A stretch of DNA of 64,000 nt from Nitrososphaerota archaeon (GCA_041641295.1 JBEPYO010000001.1:896001-960000), one strand, 5' to 3'. Counted from the first letter of the stretch, positions 26,557 through 36,200 are shown. Translations and numbers: made by a program. The notes: a model not told the origin generated them from the letters alone.

Positions 26557-29385
26557 GTGGAGGGCTTGTCTGAGGACGTGGAAGGGCTTCTCTGCCGCCC
26601 GGTGATTGAGGCGGTTAGGGAGAGGTTTGGGGGGCTGGCCGAGACGCAGAGGCGTGCTATCCCCCACATACTCAGGGGTGAGAATGTCTTAATAGTATCG
26701 CCGACCGGCACGGGGAAGACCGAGGCCGCCCTCCTACCAATACTCAGCACGATACTAACCGACCCCTCAGTCAAGCCCATCTCAACGCTCTACATTACGC
26801 CTCTGAGGGCCCTGAACAGGGATCTTCTCGACAGGCTTGAGTGGTGGTCGCGCCGCCTCGACATCTCCGTTTCGGTCAGGCATGGTGATACATCTCAGCG
26901 TGAGAGGAGAATTCAAGCACTCAGCCCTCCACAGATAATGATAGTCACTCCCGAGGCTCTCCAGTCTCTCCTGATAGGCCGCGTAATTAGAAGGAGCTTT
27001 GCGAACTTAAGATGGGTAGTGGTGGATGAGGTCCACGAACTCGCGACGGATAAGCGTGGGGCGCAGCTCGCAGTGGCGCTCCAGAGGCTGAGGAAGATTT
27101 CGGGCAGGCCGTTCCAGCTGATCGGCCTCTCGGCGACTGTGGGCGAGCCTGAGGAGGTTGCGCGCTTCCTTGTGGGGCCCAAGGGGAGGTTTGTGGTTGT
27201 GGAGACGAGGATGCCGAGGGCTCTCGAGGTGGATGTTGTATTCCCCGAGCCTAGCAGGGCTGACGTGGAGATGGGTGAGGCGATAGGTGTTGCACCAGAC
27301 GTCGCCGCCAGGATGAGGACCATAGTAGAGCTCATATCAAACCACTCCTCCACACTCATCTTCACCAACACGAGACCCCTCGCAGAGGCCCTCGCAAACA
27401 GGTTCAAGGCATGGGACGAGACACTCCCAGTCTCAATCCACCACGGCTCGCTCTCCAGAGACCACAGAGTAAGGGCTGAGAAAGACCTGAAGTATGGAGA
27501 GGTACAGGGGCTAATCTGCACCTCAAGCCTCGAGATGGGCATAGACGTGGGGAGGATCGACCTATGCATCCAGTATAACTCGCCGAGGGAGGTGACTAGG
27601 CTGATACAGAGGATTGGGCGCAGCGGCCATAGAATTGGGGGGACTGCCCGCGGCGTCGTCATAGTGATGGACTCGGATGATGCTCTCGAGGCGGTTGTCA
27701 TAGCCAGAAAGGCCAAGGAGGGGGAGCTTGAGCCAGTCAGAGTTGTGAAGAACAGCCTAGACGTCGCAATGCACCAGATAGCCGGCCTCCTCCTCGAATA
27801 CGGCCGCCTCTCAAGAGAAGAGATCGCATCACTCCTCAGAGAGACATACAACTTCGCAAGCCTCGAAGACTCAGACCTCGACATGCTGCTCAAATACATG
27901 GAGACGCTCGGAGTTGCCAGAATAATCGACGGGACAGTTACAAAACCCATCAAGGCTAGACGACTAATCGAATACTACTTCGACAACCTCTCAATGATCC
28001 CAGAGGAGAAGCAGTACCTAGTCGTGGAGGAGGCGAGCGGAGAGCCTGTGGGCATCTTGGACGAGGCGTTCGTCGCGGAGTATGGTGAGGTGGGAACACG
28101 CTTCATCCTCGCTGGGAGGGCATGGGTGATACTGAACCTCTCCGGAAATAGGATCTACGTTGCTAGGCTGAAGGAGGGTGAGGGCGCGGTGCCGTCCTGG
28201 GTGGGCGACGAGATTCCTGTTCCTCTCGAGGTTGCGATGGAGGTGGGCTCCATCAGGAGGAGGTACTTGGAGGCGAGGATGAGGGGTGTGGGGCCAAGTG
28301 AGGCGGCGGCCTCGCTAGCGTCGGCTTATGGTGTCTCGCAGCATTTCATAGAGAGGTCTCTCAGAGAGGTTGAGCAGCACATCGAGATGGGTATCCCAGT
28401 CCCCACCGACAAGCTCGCAGTGGTTGAGGAGACGGGCGAGTACGTCGTCCTCCACATAACGGGAGGTCTGAGAATCAACAGAACCCTAGCCCGCCTCCTC
28501 TCAGTATATTTGGCAGAGCGTATAGGGGCGCCGGTCTCAGCCCAGTCAGACCCCTACAGGGTGGTGCTCAAGTCCAAGAACCTAGACGCCTCAGACGTGG
28601 AGAAGGCCCTCACACAAATTTTGGACGAGGAGCTGCTCAGGAGGGCTGTAGAGTCCTCCGGCGTCTTCAGGAGAAGGCTAGTCCACGTGGCTAGGAAGAT
28701 GGGCGTCGTGGGTAAGGACGTCAGCCTCCTCGACGTGAGCGCCCAGATGCTTGTGGAGTCTCTTAGGGGGACACCGGCCTACTTGGAGGCCCTCAGATTC
28801 ACCATCTTCACAGACTATGACTGGGATGGTGTAAAGACGCTTCTGGGAAAGATAAGGAGCGGGGAGATAGGTGTGGTAGCCTGTATACTGGAAAAGCCAA
28901 GCCCCCTAGCCTCCCTAACGATCAACAAATACCAGTACGAATACGAGACCTACACCCCTGAGAGGATGCACAAACTCATCATAAACGCCGTCCGCGGAAG
29001 AATAAACAGAGAGCTAGTGGTCCTAGCCTGCCTAGACTGTAGGAAATACGTGGAGACGGTTGAGGTCGGTGAAATGGACAACAAACCCGTTTGCCCAAAT
29101 TGCGGCTCAAGCCGTATAGGATTTGTGAGCGTCGGAGGGCGCGAGGATGTGGAGAAGGCTATGCGGGGAAAGACAGCAGAGTCGCGGAGATTCTGGAGGG
29201 AAGCTGAGAAAACAGCACCACTGGTCGAGAAGTATGGGAAGGCCGCCGCCTTCGTACTCTCAGCCCGAGGAGTGGGTCTCAAGGAGGCGGAGCAGCTCCT
29301 CAGCGAGGAGCCTCGAATATCGCCCAAACTAATCGAGAAGCTAATAGAACTAGAGAAAAAAGCCCTCCTAAGAGAGTTTAGCTAG
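26557..29385 (+). CDS. lhr: Lhr-family SF2 (DEVH) helicase with C-terminal Cys4 zinc ribbon
   Basis: PTGTGKT, TPLRAL, RHGDT, DEVH, SAT, HHGSLS, TSSLEMGIDVG, QRIGRSGH, SMIP, PSWVG and CLDC...CPNC. Confidence 0.92.
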   Translation: MEGLSEDVEGLLCRPVIEAVRERFGGLAETQRRAIPHILRGENVLIVSPTGTGKTEAALLPILSTILTDPSVKPISTLYITPLRALNRDLLDRLEWWSRRLDISVSVRHGDTSQRERRIQALSPPQIMIVTPEALQSLLIGRVIRRSFANLRWVVVDEVHELATDKRGAQLAVALQRLRKISGRPFQLIGLSATVGEPEEVARFLVGPKGRFVVVETRMPRALEVDVVFPEPSRADVEMGEAIGVAPDVAARMRTIVELISNHSSTLIFTNTRPLAEALANRFKAWDETLPVSIHHGSLSRDHRVRAEKDLKYGEVQGLICTSSLEMGIDVGRIDLCIQYNSPREVTRLIQRIGRSGHRIGGTARGVVIVMDSDDALEAVVIARKAKEGELEPVRVVKNSLDVAMHQIAGLLLEYGRLSREEIASLLRETYNFASLEDSDLDMLLKYMETLGVARIIDGTVTKPIKARRLIEYYFDNLSMIPEEKQYLVVEEASGEPVGILDEAFVAEYGEVGTRFILAGRAWVILNLSGNRIYVARLKEGEGAVPSWVGDEIPVPLEVAMEVGSIRRRYLEARMRGVGPSEAAASLASAYGVSQHFIERSLREVEQHIEMGIPVPTDKLAVVEETGEYVVLHITGGLRINRTLARLLSVYLAERIGAPVSAQSDPYRVVLKSKNLDASDVEKALTQILDEELLRRAVESSGVFRRRLVHVARKMGVVGKDVSLLDVSAQMLVESLRGTPAYLEALRFTIFTDYDWDGVKTLLGKIRSGEIGVVACILEKPSPLASLTINKYQYEYETYTPERMHKLIINAVRGRINRELVVLACLDCRKYVETVEVGEMDNKPVCPNCGSSRIGFVSVGGREDVEKAMRGKTAESRRFWREAEKTAPLVEKYGKAAAFVLSARGVGLKEAEQLLSEEPRISPKLIEKLIELEKKALLREFS

Positions 29386-29986
29386 GCTTCGCCTCTTCAC
29401 CTGTGCCGGTCTCCTCGGACTCCTGTCCTACAGTCTCCCCTGTGCTGAGTGAGGCGAAGGCTTTGAGCAGCTCCTGTTTATCCACTTCGACGAGTGTCCT
29501 CCACCCAATAGACACCACACCCTCCTCTGTCCTGTTGAGATAACCTCTCCTAGCGAGCCTCTCTAGGGCGGCCTCCACCCGCCACTTCGGATACTTCGTC
29601 TCCAGCATCTCTACGACCTCCTTCTCTGAGGCGCTGCCATTCTTCGCGAGCAAGTATGCAAGGGTCGCTGAGAGTATTGCGAGCTCGTCTAGGCTGTAGC
29701 CGAGTGTCTGCACGTCTGAGAGGGTGAGTGGGTCTGAGAGGACGATGTAGAAGCGGGCCCTATCTAGGTCATCTGGCCCCGCCTCGGGGTCTGGGACAAT
29801 CTTAACCCGCAAGCCTATCTGCTTCAGCCTCGAGTCCAAGGAGTTTATTATCTTGGGGAAGTTTTTGCCGAGCCTCCTCCTCAGCTCCCAGCCCCGCACA
29901 CCCGGAAGCCTATGCCCCGATGCGAGAATCAGGGCTACCGCCTGCGCCATCTTCTTCTCCAGCTTACCCAGCTCCTCACCGCTCAC
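29378..29986 (-). CDS. Tandem winged-helix KITE protein (Nse1/Nse3-like or ScpB-like)
   Basis: Two wHTH units; GYSLDELAIL...LERLARRGYL...GVVSIGWRTLVE resembles the Nse1/MAGE WH-B. Last gene of the SMC operon. Confidence 0.7.
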   Translation of the reverse strand: MSGEELGKLEKKMAQAVALILASGHRLPGVRGWELRRRLGKNFPKIINSLDSRLKQIGLRVKIVPDPEAGPDDLDRARFYIVLSDPLTLSDVQTLGYSLDELAILSATLAYLLAKNGSASEKEVVEMLETKYPKWRVEAALERLARRGYLNRTEEGVVSIGWRTLVEVDKQELLKAFASLSTGETVGQESEETGTGEEAKPS

Positions 29987-29993
29987 TTCTCCA

Positions 29994-30719
29994 TCATCTG
30001 CCGATGGTTAGCGCTAGGGATGTAGTTCTAGGCTCGTCTGAAACCTTTTCCGCCACCTTTATCCATATCTCGCCGCTTAAAGTGTTAACCCTCACTTCAA
30101 CCTCGCCCCTCGAGATGAGGTAGCTCAGAAGATATGCCCTATTCTTCCTATCCCCCCTCATGTTGACGAAGTCCCAATACCTCACCCAGCCGCCGATCGA
30201 TGAGAGCTCGGCTAAAAGCTCCCCGAGCTCGCGGCTTATCTGGCTCTCAATAGCCTCGTAGGCGCTGGGACTCCCCACAGCGAGCTGTACAGCCTCTAGA
30301 CCGGCTGAGCCCCTGGTCGGCCTTGAGAGGAAGTGCTGATACCCCCTCAATAGCAGGTCTATCGAGATCTGCTCAAGCCTAACTATCGGCCTCCAAGCCT
30401 GGAGAAGGGCTGCAACGAGGGACTTGGGGTCCGCACCCACTATCTTGGAGTAGATCATGCCCGCGTCGATGAAGAGCGAGGAGGCCCTCTCCCTAATCCA
30501 CCTCTGCTGGAGCCCCAGCACCACCGAGACCCTGTAGAGCGTCTCAGCGTCGAGGCTAATCGTCTCAACATCCCTCTCCCTCTCAATTATCTCGCGGAGC
30601 CTCGAGAGGAGTGAGGAGACATCGACGCTGAAGGGGTCAAGCCTCCTCGACTCGATCTCGCCGAGGATAGAGATCATCCGGAGGAGTTCCTCCCTTGGGA
30701 TCCTGACTACCTTGCTCAT
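29994..30719 (-). CDS. Kleisin (ScpA/Nse4-like)
   Basis: N-terminal LDPFSVDV (compare archaeal ScpA IDPWDIDI) and C-terminal wHTH AYLLSYLISRGEVEV...GEIWI. ATGA overlap with the SMC gene. Confidence 0.72.
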   Translation of the reverse strand: MSKVVRIPREELLRMISILGEIESRRLDPFSVDVSSLLSRLREIIERERDVETISLDAETLYRVSVVLGLQQRWIRERASSLFIDAGMIYSKIVGADPKSLVAALLQAWRPIVRLEQISIDLLLRGYQHFLSRPTRGSAGLEAVQLAVGSPSAYEAIESQISRELGELLAELSSIGGWVRYWDFVNMRGDRKNRAYLLSYLISRGEVEVRVNTLSGEIWIKVAEKVSDEPRTTSLALTIGR

Positions 30720-32488
30720 CCAACCTCCACCGAGCTGGTAACGAAGGAGGACCCGGCCACGTTCTGGACGATTATGAGGTTGAAGCCGTCTGTGATTGGT
30801 AGCCTCCCGGGTGTGATGAATAGGAACTGGGTTGAGGGGTAGGAGCGGGCGATCTCGACAAGCATTTTGGTAACCATCTCCCTGTTCAGGGGGTCTAGGT
30901 GTACGTCGAACTCGTCTACGGCTCTTATGGGAGACTTGACGTAGCTCTGGAGGGCTAGGAGGAATGCGATGGTTGCCACAACCCTCTCGCCACCGCTGTG
31001 CGTGTGTGCGTCAACTATCATCGGCTCCATCCCCCTGAACCCGGCCATCAGCTCCAAGCTAGCAGTGACAGGGTCGTCGAGGCCCCTGATCCTGATATAC
31101 CCTCTCCCGCCTACCGCCTCCAAGAGCCTCTGATAAACCGGGTTAATATCATCGATAATCTCCTTAAGCTTGTCCCTCCAGATCTGCCTCCTCTTCTCAA
31201 CTTCTTCAATCGCCTTCTTCACGTTCTCCTCAACTTGTCTAGCCTTCAGCTCAACCTCCCTGAACCTTGAGTCTGCTAGGAAATACATGGTCTCTGCGTC
31301 GGGGATTACTTTGCCGAGGGAGGCAATCTCGAGGGTGGTTAGCTTCAGGTCCTCAAGCACCGCTGAGGGCTCCCTCTCGGTCGCGACCTCCTCTCCCTTC
31401 TCGGAGGCTGCCGCCCTCCTCTCCTCAAACTCCCTCAAGAGGCTGTTGATCTCCGACTGGGTCTCAGAGACCTCCCTCTCTAGGCTCGAGACCCTATACC
31501 GCCTCACACCCTCCTCAACAGCGGCCTTCACCAAGAGGTCGACGGCTTCCAAGACCTCTTCTGGACGCCCGGAGGCGTAAAGGCTCTCCCGAATCCTCTC
31601 CCTTAAGGAGGCCGCCTCGGCACCGTAGGCTGCAGCCTCCTCCTCAAGCCTCGCCTTCTCCTTCAACATCCTCTCAAGGACCAGCCGCCTCCTCTCGAGG
31701 CTCCTCCCAACCTGGTGGACTAGGCTCCACGCATACTCTAGCTCTAGGCTCTTCCTCCTCTCCTCGAGCTCCTTTAGGTGTTGGAGCTTCTGGAGCTCCT
31801 TCCGCCAGTACTCTACGGCCTCTTCTGCCTCTGAGAGGAGACGCTTGACGGACGCTTCCTCTGATCTGAGGCTGTTTAGCCTGCTCTCGGCCTCGAGCAG
31901 TCTCTCCCTGAGATGTGAAAGTCCTACTGCGTCCTCCATCGCCCTGAGCTTCTCGACGTTATCCCTGGAGGCGAAGTTCTCTATCATGTTCTGGTGCATT
32001 ATTATGAGGGCGTTGTTGGGGTTGATTCCAAGCCTCCTTAAGAGCTCCTCAAGCTCGGCCTTGGGCGTGAACCTGTTGTTGACATAGTGCCAGTATTCGC
32101 CGCTCTTCTTGATGTAGCGGGTGACAGTTATCTCGTCCGACTTGATGGAGGAGACTGGCCGCTCCCCATCTACTGGAGAATTGTCTAGGACTACTGTGAG
32201 CCTTGCGGCCTCTTTCCCCCTCCTTATAAGGTCGCTCAGCCTCTGCCCCCTCTCAGTATAGGTCTGGCCCAGCGCTACAGAGAGGCCGAGCAGGATTGAG
32301 GACTTGCCCGAGCCGTTGGGCCCGGTGATGACGTTAAGCCCGGGCTCAAGCCTTATTCGGGAATACTCGTGGGACATGAAGTTCTCGAGTATGACTTCGC
32401 GTATGTGAGTTGGTCTCGCCTCGACCCCCACCTGCCCCAACCGAGCCCTAGCCAACCTCTCCAACCCTTCAGAGAAGGCCAGCCACAA
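30716..32488 (-). CDS. Short SMC-family ATPase, SMC5/6-like or coalescin-like, with no recognisable hinge or zinc hook
   Basis: LENFMSH, Walker A GPNGSGKSS, Q-loop MHQN, coiled coil, signature HSGGER, Walker B/D-loop PIRAVDEFDVHLDP.NR and QFLFITP. Confidence 0.9.
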   Translation of the reverse strand: MWLAFSEGLERLARARLGQVGVEARPTHIREVILENFMSHEYSRIRLEPGLNVITGPNGSGKSSILLGLSVALGQTYTERGQRLSDLIRRGKEAARLTVVLDNSPVDGERPVSSIKSDEITVTRYIKKSGEYWHYVNNRFTPKAELEELLRRLGINPNNALIIMHQNMIENFASRDNVEKLRAMEDAVGLSHLRERLLEAESRLNSLRSEEASVKRLLSEAEEAVEYWRKELQKLQHLKELEERRKSLELEYAWSLVHQVGRSLERRRLVLERMLKEKARLEEEAAAYGAEAASLRERIRESLYASGRPEEVLEAVDLLVKAAVEEGVRRYRVSSLEREVSETQSEINSLLREFEERRAAASEKGEEVATEREPSAVLEDLKLTTLEIASLGKVIPDAETMYFLADSRFREVELKARQVEENVKKAIEEVEKRRQIWRDKLKEIIDDINPVYQRLLEAVGGRGYIRIRGLDDPVTASLELMAGFRGMEPMIVDAHTHSGGERVVATIAFLLALQSYVKSPIRAVDEFDVHLDPLNREMVTKMLVEIARSYPSTQFLFITPGRLPITDGFNLIIVQNVAGSSFVTSSVEVG

Positions 32489-32618
32489 TAAAGAGTATCT
32501 CCAGTAGAGTGAAAGTGTAATACACGATGTGGCACCCCCTGGGGGGGTGTTAAAAGGGCTATGAGCTGAACGTTTAAGGGCTGCGGGCTCCTGTTATATA
32601 GGCTGGAGAGGGGCTGGC

Positions 32619-33056
32619 ATGGAGCTTGACGTTAAGACGGCGCTGGAGCGCTTCAGGATGTTCATCATCTATAACACCTGCCTTAGCCTCATTCCGAGAG
32701 GGTATCTGAAGGACCCGACAATCTTCCCGGAGAGGGACCCGGATAAGGGCGAGATCTATGTGGAGGCGGCCAGCAAGATCGAGTTGGCCAAGATCAGGGA
32801 TATCAGGTTTGTGAAGGCAGCAGATATACTAGGCGTGATATACAGGTCTAAGACGGGGAACACCTACCTCAAGTGGAGGCAGATCCGGGGGAATATAGGG
32901 AGGCTGACAGGCGTAGCCTCCCCAAACTCCATAGTCAACCTGCTAGAGGCAAAGGTCCTGACCAGAGAATACCTAGAGGAATATCTGAAGCAGAGGGGCG
33001 AGACAGCCAAGACGGAGGACCAGGGCCAGCCAAGCACCACAACCACACCCCAATAA
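32619..33056 (+). CDS. Hypothetical globular protein, divergent from the SMC operon
   Basis: ATG start with host-like codon usage. No family recognised. Confidence 0.75.
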   Translation: MELDVKTALERFRMFIIYNTCLSLIPRGYLKDPTIFPERDPDKGEIYVEAASKIELAKIRDIRFVKAADILGVIYRSKTGNTYLKWRQIRGNIGRLTGVASPNSIVNLLEAKVLTREYLEEYLKQRGETAKTEDQGQPSTTTTPQ

Positions 33057-33159
33057 ACAGCCGATAGCACCCACACACCACTCAAAGCATGGGAATATTC
33101 GCCAGGCGGCCTGATGCTACTCTCCCCACACCAGTTATTCCTGCTTTTTGCTTGGGTGG

Positions 33160-33660
33160 CTATTTATTGAGTAGGGCTCGGCATTTGGGGCAGGGTTCCA
33201 TGCCTTTTAGGTCTGTGTCGAGGATGCTGTTGCTGAAGAACATGACGCATCGGGGGCTGGGGCAGTGTTTTAGGCCGAGCATGTGGCCTACCTCGTGGGC
33301 GACCTCCTTCCTAAGCCTCTCAAAGAACTTCTCGGCGTTTGGGTGTTTTAGCCTGTAGGTTGAGACGACGGCGGAGCGGCTTGATGCGAGGCCGAAGCAG
33401 AAGTTGAACCTGTCGAAGTATATGTCGAGCCCTGTGATGTGTAGGTGGTAGTGGTTTCCGCTGTACTCTCTTGCGAGGGCTTCTACCAGCCTCAGGGCTT
33501 CCACCTGCCTCCGGATCGGGTTGACATGGTTTAGGGCGGGGTCCCTCTCAAGCTCCAGCTCCTCTGTGGTGAGCCCATAGACGATTGCCGCAGTCTCCGC
33601 CGCTATGCCCCTCTCACGGCTGAGACTCCTCGGCGAAGAGACGACAAGTCTCGCCGGCAA
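33160..33660 (-). CDS. amzA: Archaemetzincin-family Zn metalloprotease
   Basis: FNFCFGLA, VVSTYRL, HEVGHMLGLKHC...CVMFFSNS...D.K...C..C. Confidence 0.9.
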   Translation of the reverse strand: MPARLVVSSPRSLSRERGIAAETAAIVYGLTTEELELERDPALNHVNPIRRQVEALRLVEALAREYSGNHYHLHITGLDIYFDRFNFCFGLASSRSAVVSTYRLKHPNAEKFFERLRKEVAHEVGHMLGLKHCPSPRCVMFFSNSILDTDLKGMEPCPKCRALLNK

Positions 33661-33957
33661 GCCAAGATAAATCCCTGCGCGGGCTCTGATAAATGTGAAA
33701 TGGTCGGGTGTGATTGCCTCCGAGCTCGCCCCATGTAAGCCTCTCTCTAAATCTGGTCTTCCCCCGGCGTTGGATGGTGTAGGGGCTTCTGGGTGGGCTT
33801 TCCAAGGCCTCGGGGGTTGGATAGGTTAGGTGGGTCTATGCGGGATGGGCTCCGTTTATTTTTGGAGATAGTGTCTTCAGAGACGTAATTGGTGCTGGTT
33901 TTGGGGGTTGCCTGCTCTCTCATGTTCTAAGGCTTTTATATCCTTTTTTCAAACAAT

Positions 33958-35874
33958 TTGGCTAGCGTGGATGTAGGGGGGATGGAGGGGCTTAGTAGAA
34001 GAAAGTTTTTAGCATTAACGGCCTCTCAGTCGGCTGGCATAGCTGTTGGTGCTGCTCTAGCTGGTGGGATAGGGGGATATTTGCTTGGCCTTAGAAGCGG
34101 AGGAGAAGGAACCGTAACTAAAACAGAAACCGTGACACAGGAAAAAACTATCGTCTCAACCACAACCATCACTCAGAAAGAAGTATACACCACAACCCAA
34201 ATAATACCAACCACAAAAATCATCTACGGCCCCAAACTAGATACAGCCGAATTTCTCAAGGTATATTCAGGAAACAATTTAGAAGTTTCTGCCAAGCTAA
34301 CATTTAACCCCAGAAGTGAAGTTATTACTGCAGATTTAGCTTTTATTTATCCCCAAGAAGCTACTTTCAAATTAGAAAGAAAAGAACCAAATGTTTATGT
34401 AGGTAGAATTTCCATATACAATCCAAAACCTGTGTATTATTTAGCAGTATGGGATGCTACTACAAAAGAGGGTGTAAAGGCTTCTAATGGATTAAGGGAA
34501 AATGATAGAACTGTAAAAATGCAGATGCCTTTAAGAAGGGAAGAGTATGAACCTTTTAAAGAATTGGCTGATTCATTGTTTGAATATACTCTCGGTTTAG
34601 ATAGACTAAATCCTGAAAAGACTTTTAAAATAAGTTTTGATGCGTTAGTTCAAACTAATAATACTAATGTTGATCAAAAAATCAGGGAAGCTGTAGTAAA
34701 ATATGCGTTAAATGTGACAAAATATAATTTGCAGCCCTATGAATTAAGTGCTTTAGCAGCTTTTACTTCAAATTTTCAAAATCTGCTAACACAATATCCA
34801 ACTATATTGGATTCAGAAAGATCAGCCCTTCAGCAATTAAATGAACAACAAGAATATTTGGAAAAATACTACTTTTATCCTTATTTAATAAGCAATATAC
34901 CTGAATTACAGAAATATCGATTTTTTGCTAATGCCGCAGCTTTACATTCAGCTAGAATAATTAAAGATTATCTATCCTTAAATTTGGCTAATTCTAATGA
35001 TAGAGAAAAAGCTTTCTTAGTTTTAGATAAAGTTATTATTCCTAGAGTAAAAGCTAGAATAGATTGGTTTGAAAAAGGAGAAACTGTATTACCAATTACT
35101 GGGAACGATTTAATAGATTTAATGGGAAGTGAAAAAGTTGCTTTAGTAAAACTTGCTGATATAGTAACACATGCAGATTTTCAATTTTATTCATTTAGAG
35201 ATATAAATAAAGATAATGTTTTAATGCCAATTAAACCCCAATCTACAACTGAACAAGATGATTTTATCAAAAATGCAATTTACAATACAGAAAATATGTT
35301 AAATGGAAATACTACTATAAGCCATAAAAAAGTGTGGCGAGATATACACGATCCAGAAAAAATTAAAATTTATTTAGAGGGTAATGCTTCAATTCCTGAT
35401 CCATCACATCCGTATTATGAACTTTATAAATTTTGGGCAGAAGTTTATATGCCATTTATTTTGCAAAATGGAACAAATAGCGACAGAATTGCTTTATTAT
35501 GGTTTAGGTACGGTCCGCTAAATTTATTAAAAAAATCTAATGGTGAATATATTCACGAAGAAAATAGAAAATATATATCACAAATGGCAGCAGAATCTGT
35601 TGGTGAGTCGGTTTATGTCACCGATCAGACTCTTCCATTCAGACCTACTCTTCATGGTGATATAATGATTTCCTTATCTGAAAAAATATGGAAGAGCATT
35701 CTAAACAATAAAGAGAAATTTTTAACTCCTTTTTATGTTGAAATAGTTAATGGTATTCCAAATGCGTATGGAATAAAAGAGAAATGGCTTGAGCCATTTA
35801 GAAAATATGGTACTAAACCCTGGTTTGTTTGGTATACTTCTCCTGCAACTCAGTTAGTCATATATCAAGAGTAG
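33958..35874 (+). CDS. Tat-signal (SRRKFL) exported or anchored protein with a Thr-rich linker and an AT-rich body of unknown function
   Basis: GLSRRKFL plus a hydrophobic helix, then TVTKTETVTQEKTIVSTTTIT. A 638-codon ORF in AT-rich DNA is very unlikely by chance. TATA-like CTTTTATA upstream. Confidence 0.85.
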   Translation: MASVDVGGMEGLSRRKFLALTASQSAGIAVGAALAGGIGGYLLGLRSGGEGTVTKTETVTQEKTIVSTTTITQKEVYTTTQIIPTTKIIYGPKLDTAEFLKVYSGNNLEVSAKLTFNPRSEVITADLAFIYPQEATFKLERKEPNVYVGRISIYNPKPVYYLAVWDATTKEGVKASNGLRENDRTVKMQMPLRREEYEPFKELADSLFEYTLGLDRLNPEKTFKISFDALVQTNNTNVDQKIREAVVKYALNVTKYNLQPYELSALAAFTSNFQNLLTQYPTILDSERSALQQLNEQQEYLEKYYFYPYLISNIPELQKYRFFANAAALHSARIIKDYLSLNLANSNDREKAFLVLDKVIIPRVKARIDWFEKGETVLPITGNDLIDLMGSEKVALVKLADIVTHADFQFYSFRDINKDNVLMPIKPQSTTEQDDFIKNAIYNTENMLNGNTTISHKKVWRDIHDPEKIKIYLEGNASIPDPSHPYYELYKFWAEVYMPFILQNGTNSDRIALLWFRYGPLNLLKKSNGEYIHEENRKYISQMAAESVGESVYVTDQTLPFRPTLHGDIMISLSEKIWKSILNNKEKFLTPFYVEIVNGIPNAYGIKEKWLEPFRKYGTKPWFVWYTSPATQLVIYQE

Positions 35875-36200
35875 AAAACATTTTTTATATATTAATTCCC
35901 TCAAATAATAATTAATGAGAAAAGGGCAAAAGGAGTTTAAAATTAAAATAAATATCTTTTATTTTGTTTTGCCCATAACTTTTTATTTAATTTACATTTT
36001 TAATTTTCACTTAGTACTTTTTCAATCTTTGCTATCAAAAACTTCAGTTTTAATTTTAATTCCAATATGGAGTTTTACATTTTTAGCATTAACAAAAGGA
36101 AAGTTTGTTTTATTCTATAATGTGAGAAAATAGTACTGACCTAGTGTGAAATATTGCGCGTTAAATTTAAGATTTCTGGGGTATGAAATTAGTGTATAGT
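34250..36200. other. Low-GC island (probable horizontal acquisition)
   Basis: Hand counts of 60-nt lines give about 28-32% GC (13% at 35941-36000), against GC-rich flanking genes. Boundaries are approximate. Confidence 0.8.
35915..36133 (+). CDS. Small hydrophobic ORF in the AT-rich island (possibly a truncated membrane protein)
   Basis: ATG start and two hydrophobic stretches, but T-rich DNA gives such ORFs by chance. Confidence 0.35.
   Translation: MRKGQKEFKIKINIFYFVLPITFYLIYIFNFHLVLFQSLLSKTSVLILIPIWSFTFLALTKGKFVLFYNVRK

Noticed and set aside
26913-27953. 346-aa antisense ORF within lhr, and many similar Ser/Thr/Pro-rich shadow ORFs across the window
   Set aside because: They lie entirely opposite well-supported genes, have no motifs, and are expected from GC-rich codon bias.
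29378-32488. Wadjet (JetABCD)/MksBEFG or Rad50-Mre11 interpretation of the SMC operon
   Set aside because: No Toprim nuclease (JetD) or Mre11/NurA/HerA gene is adjacent, there is no CxxC hook, the SMC is far shorter than JetC/MukB, and the head motifs are SMC5/6-like.
33761-33816. GC-rich hairpin (CCCCCG/CGGGGG plus TTGGA/TCCAA) beside the AT-rich island, as an H/ACA RNA or mobile-element end
   Set aside because: No K-turn or ACA box and no partner repeat at the other island edge. Plausible by chance in G-rich sequence.
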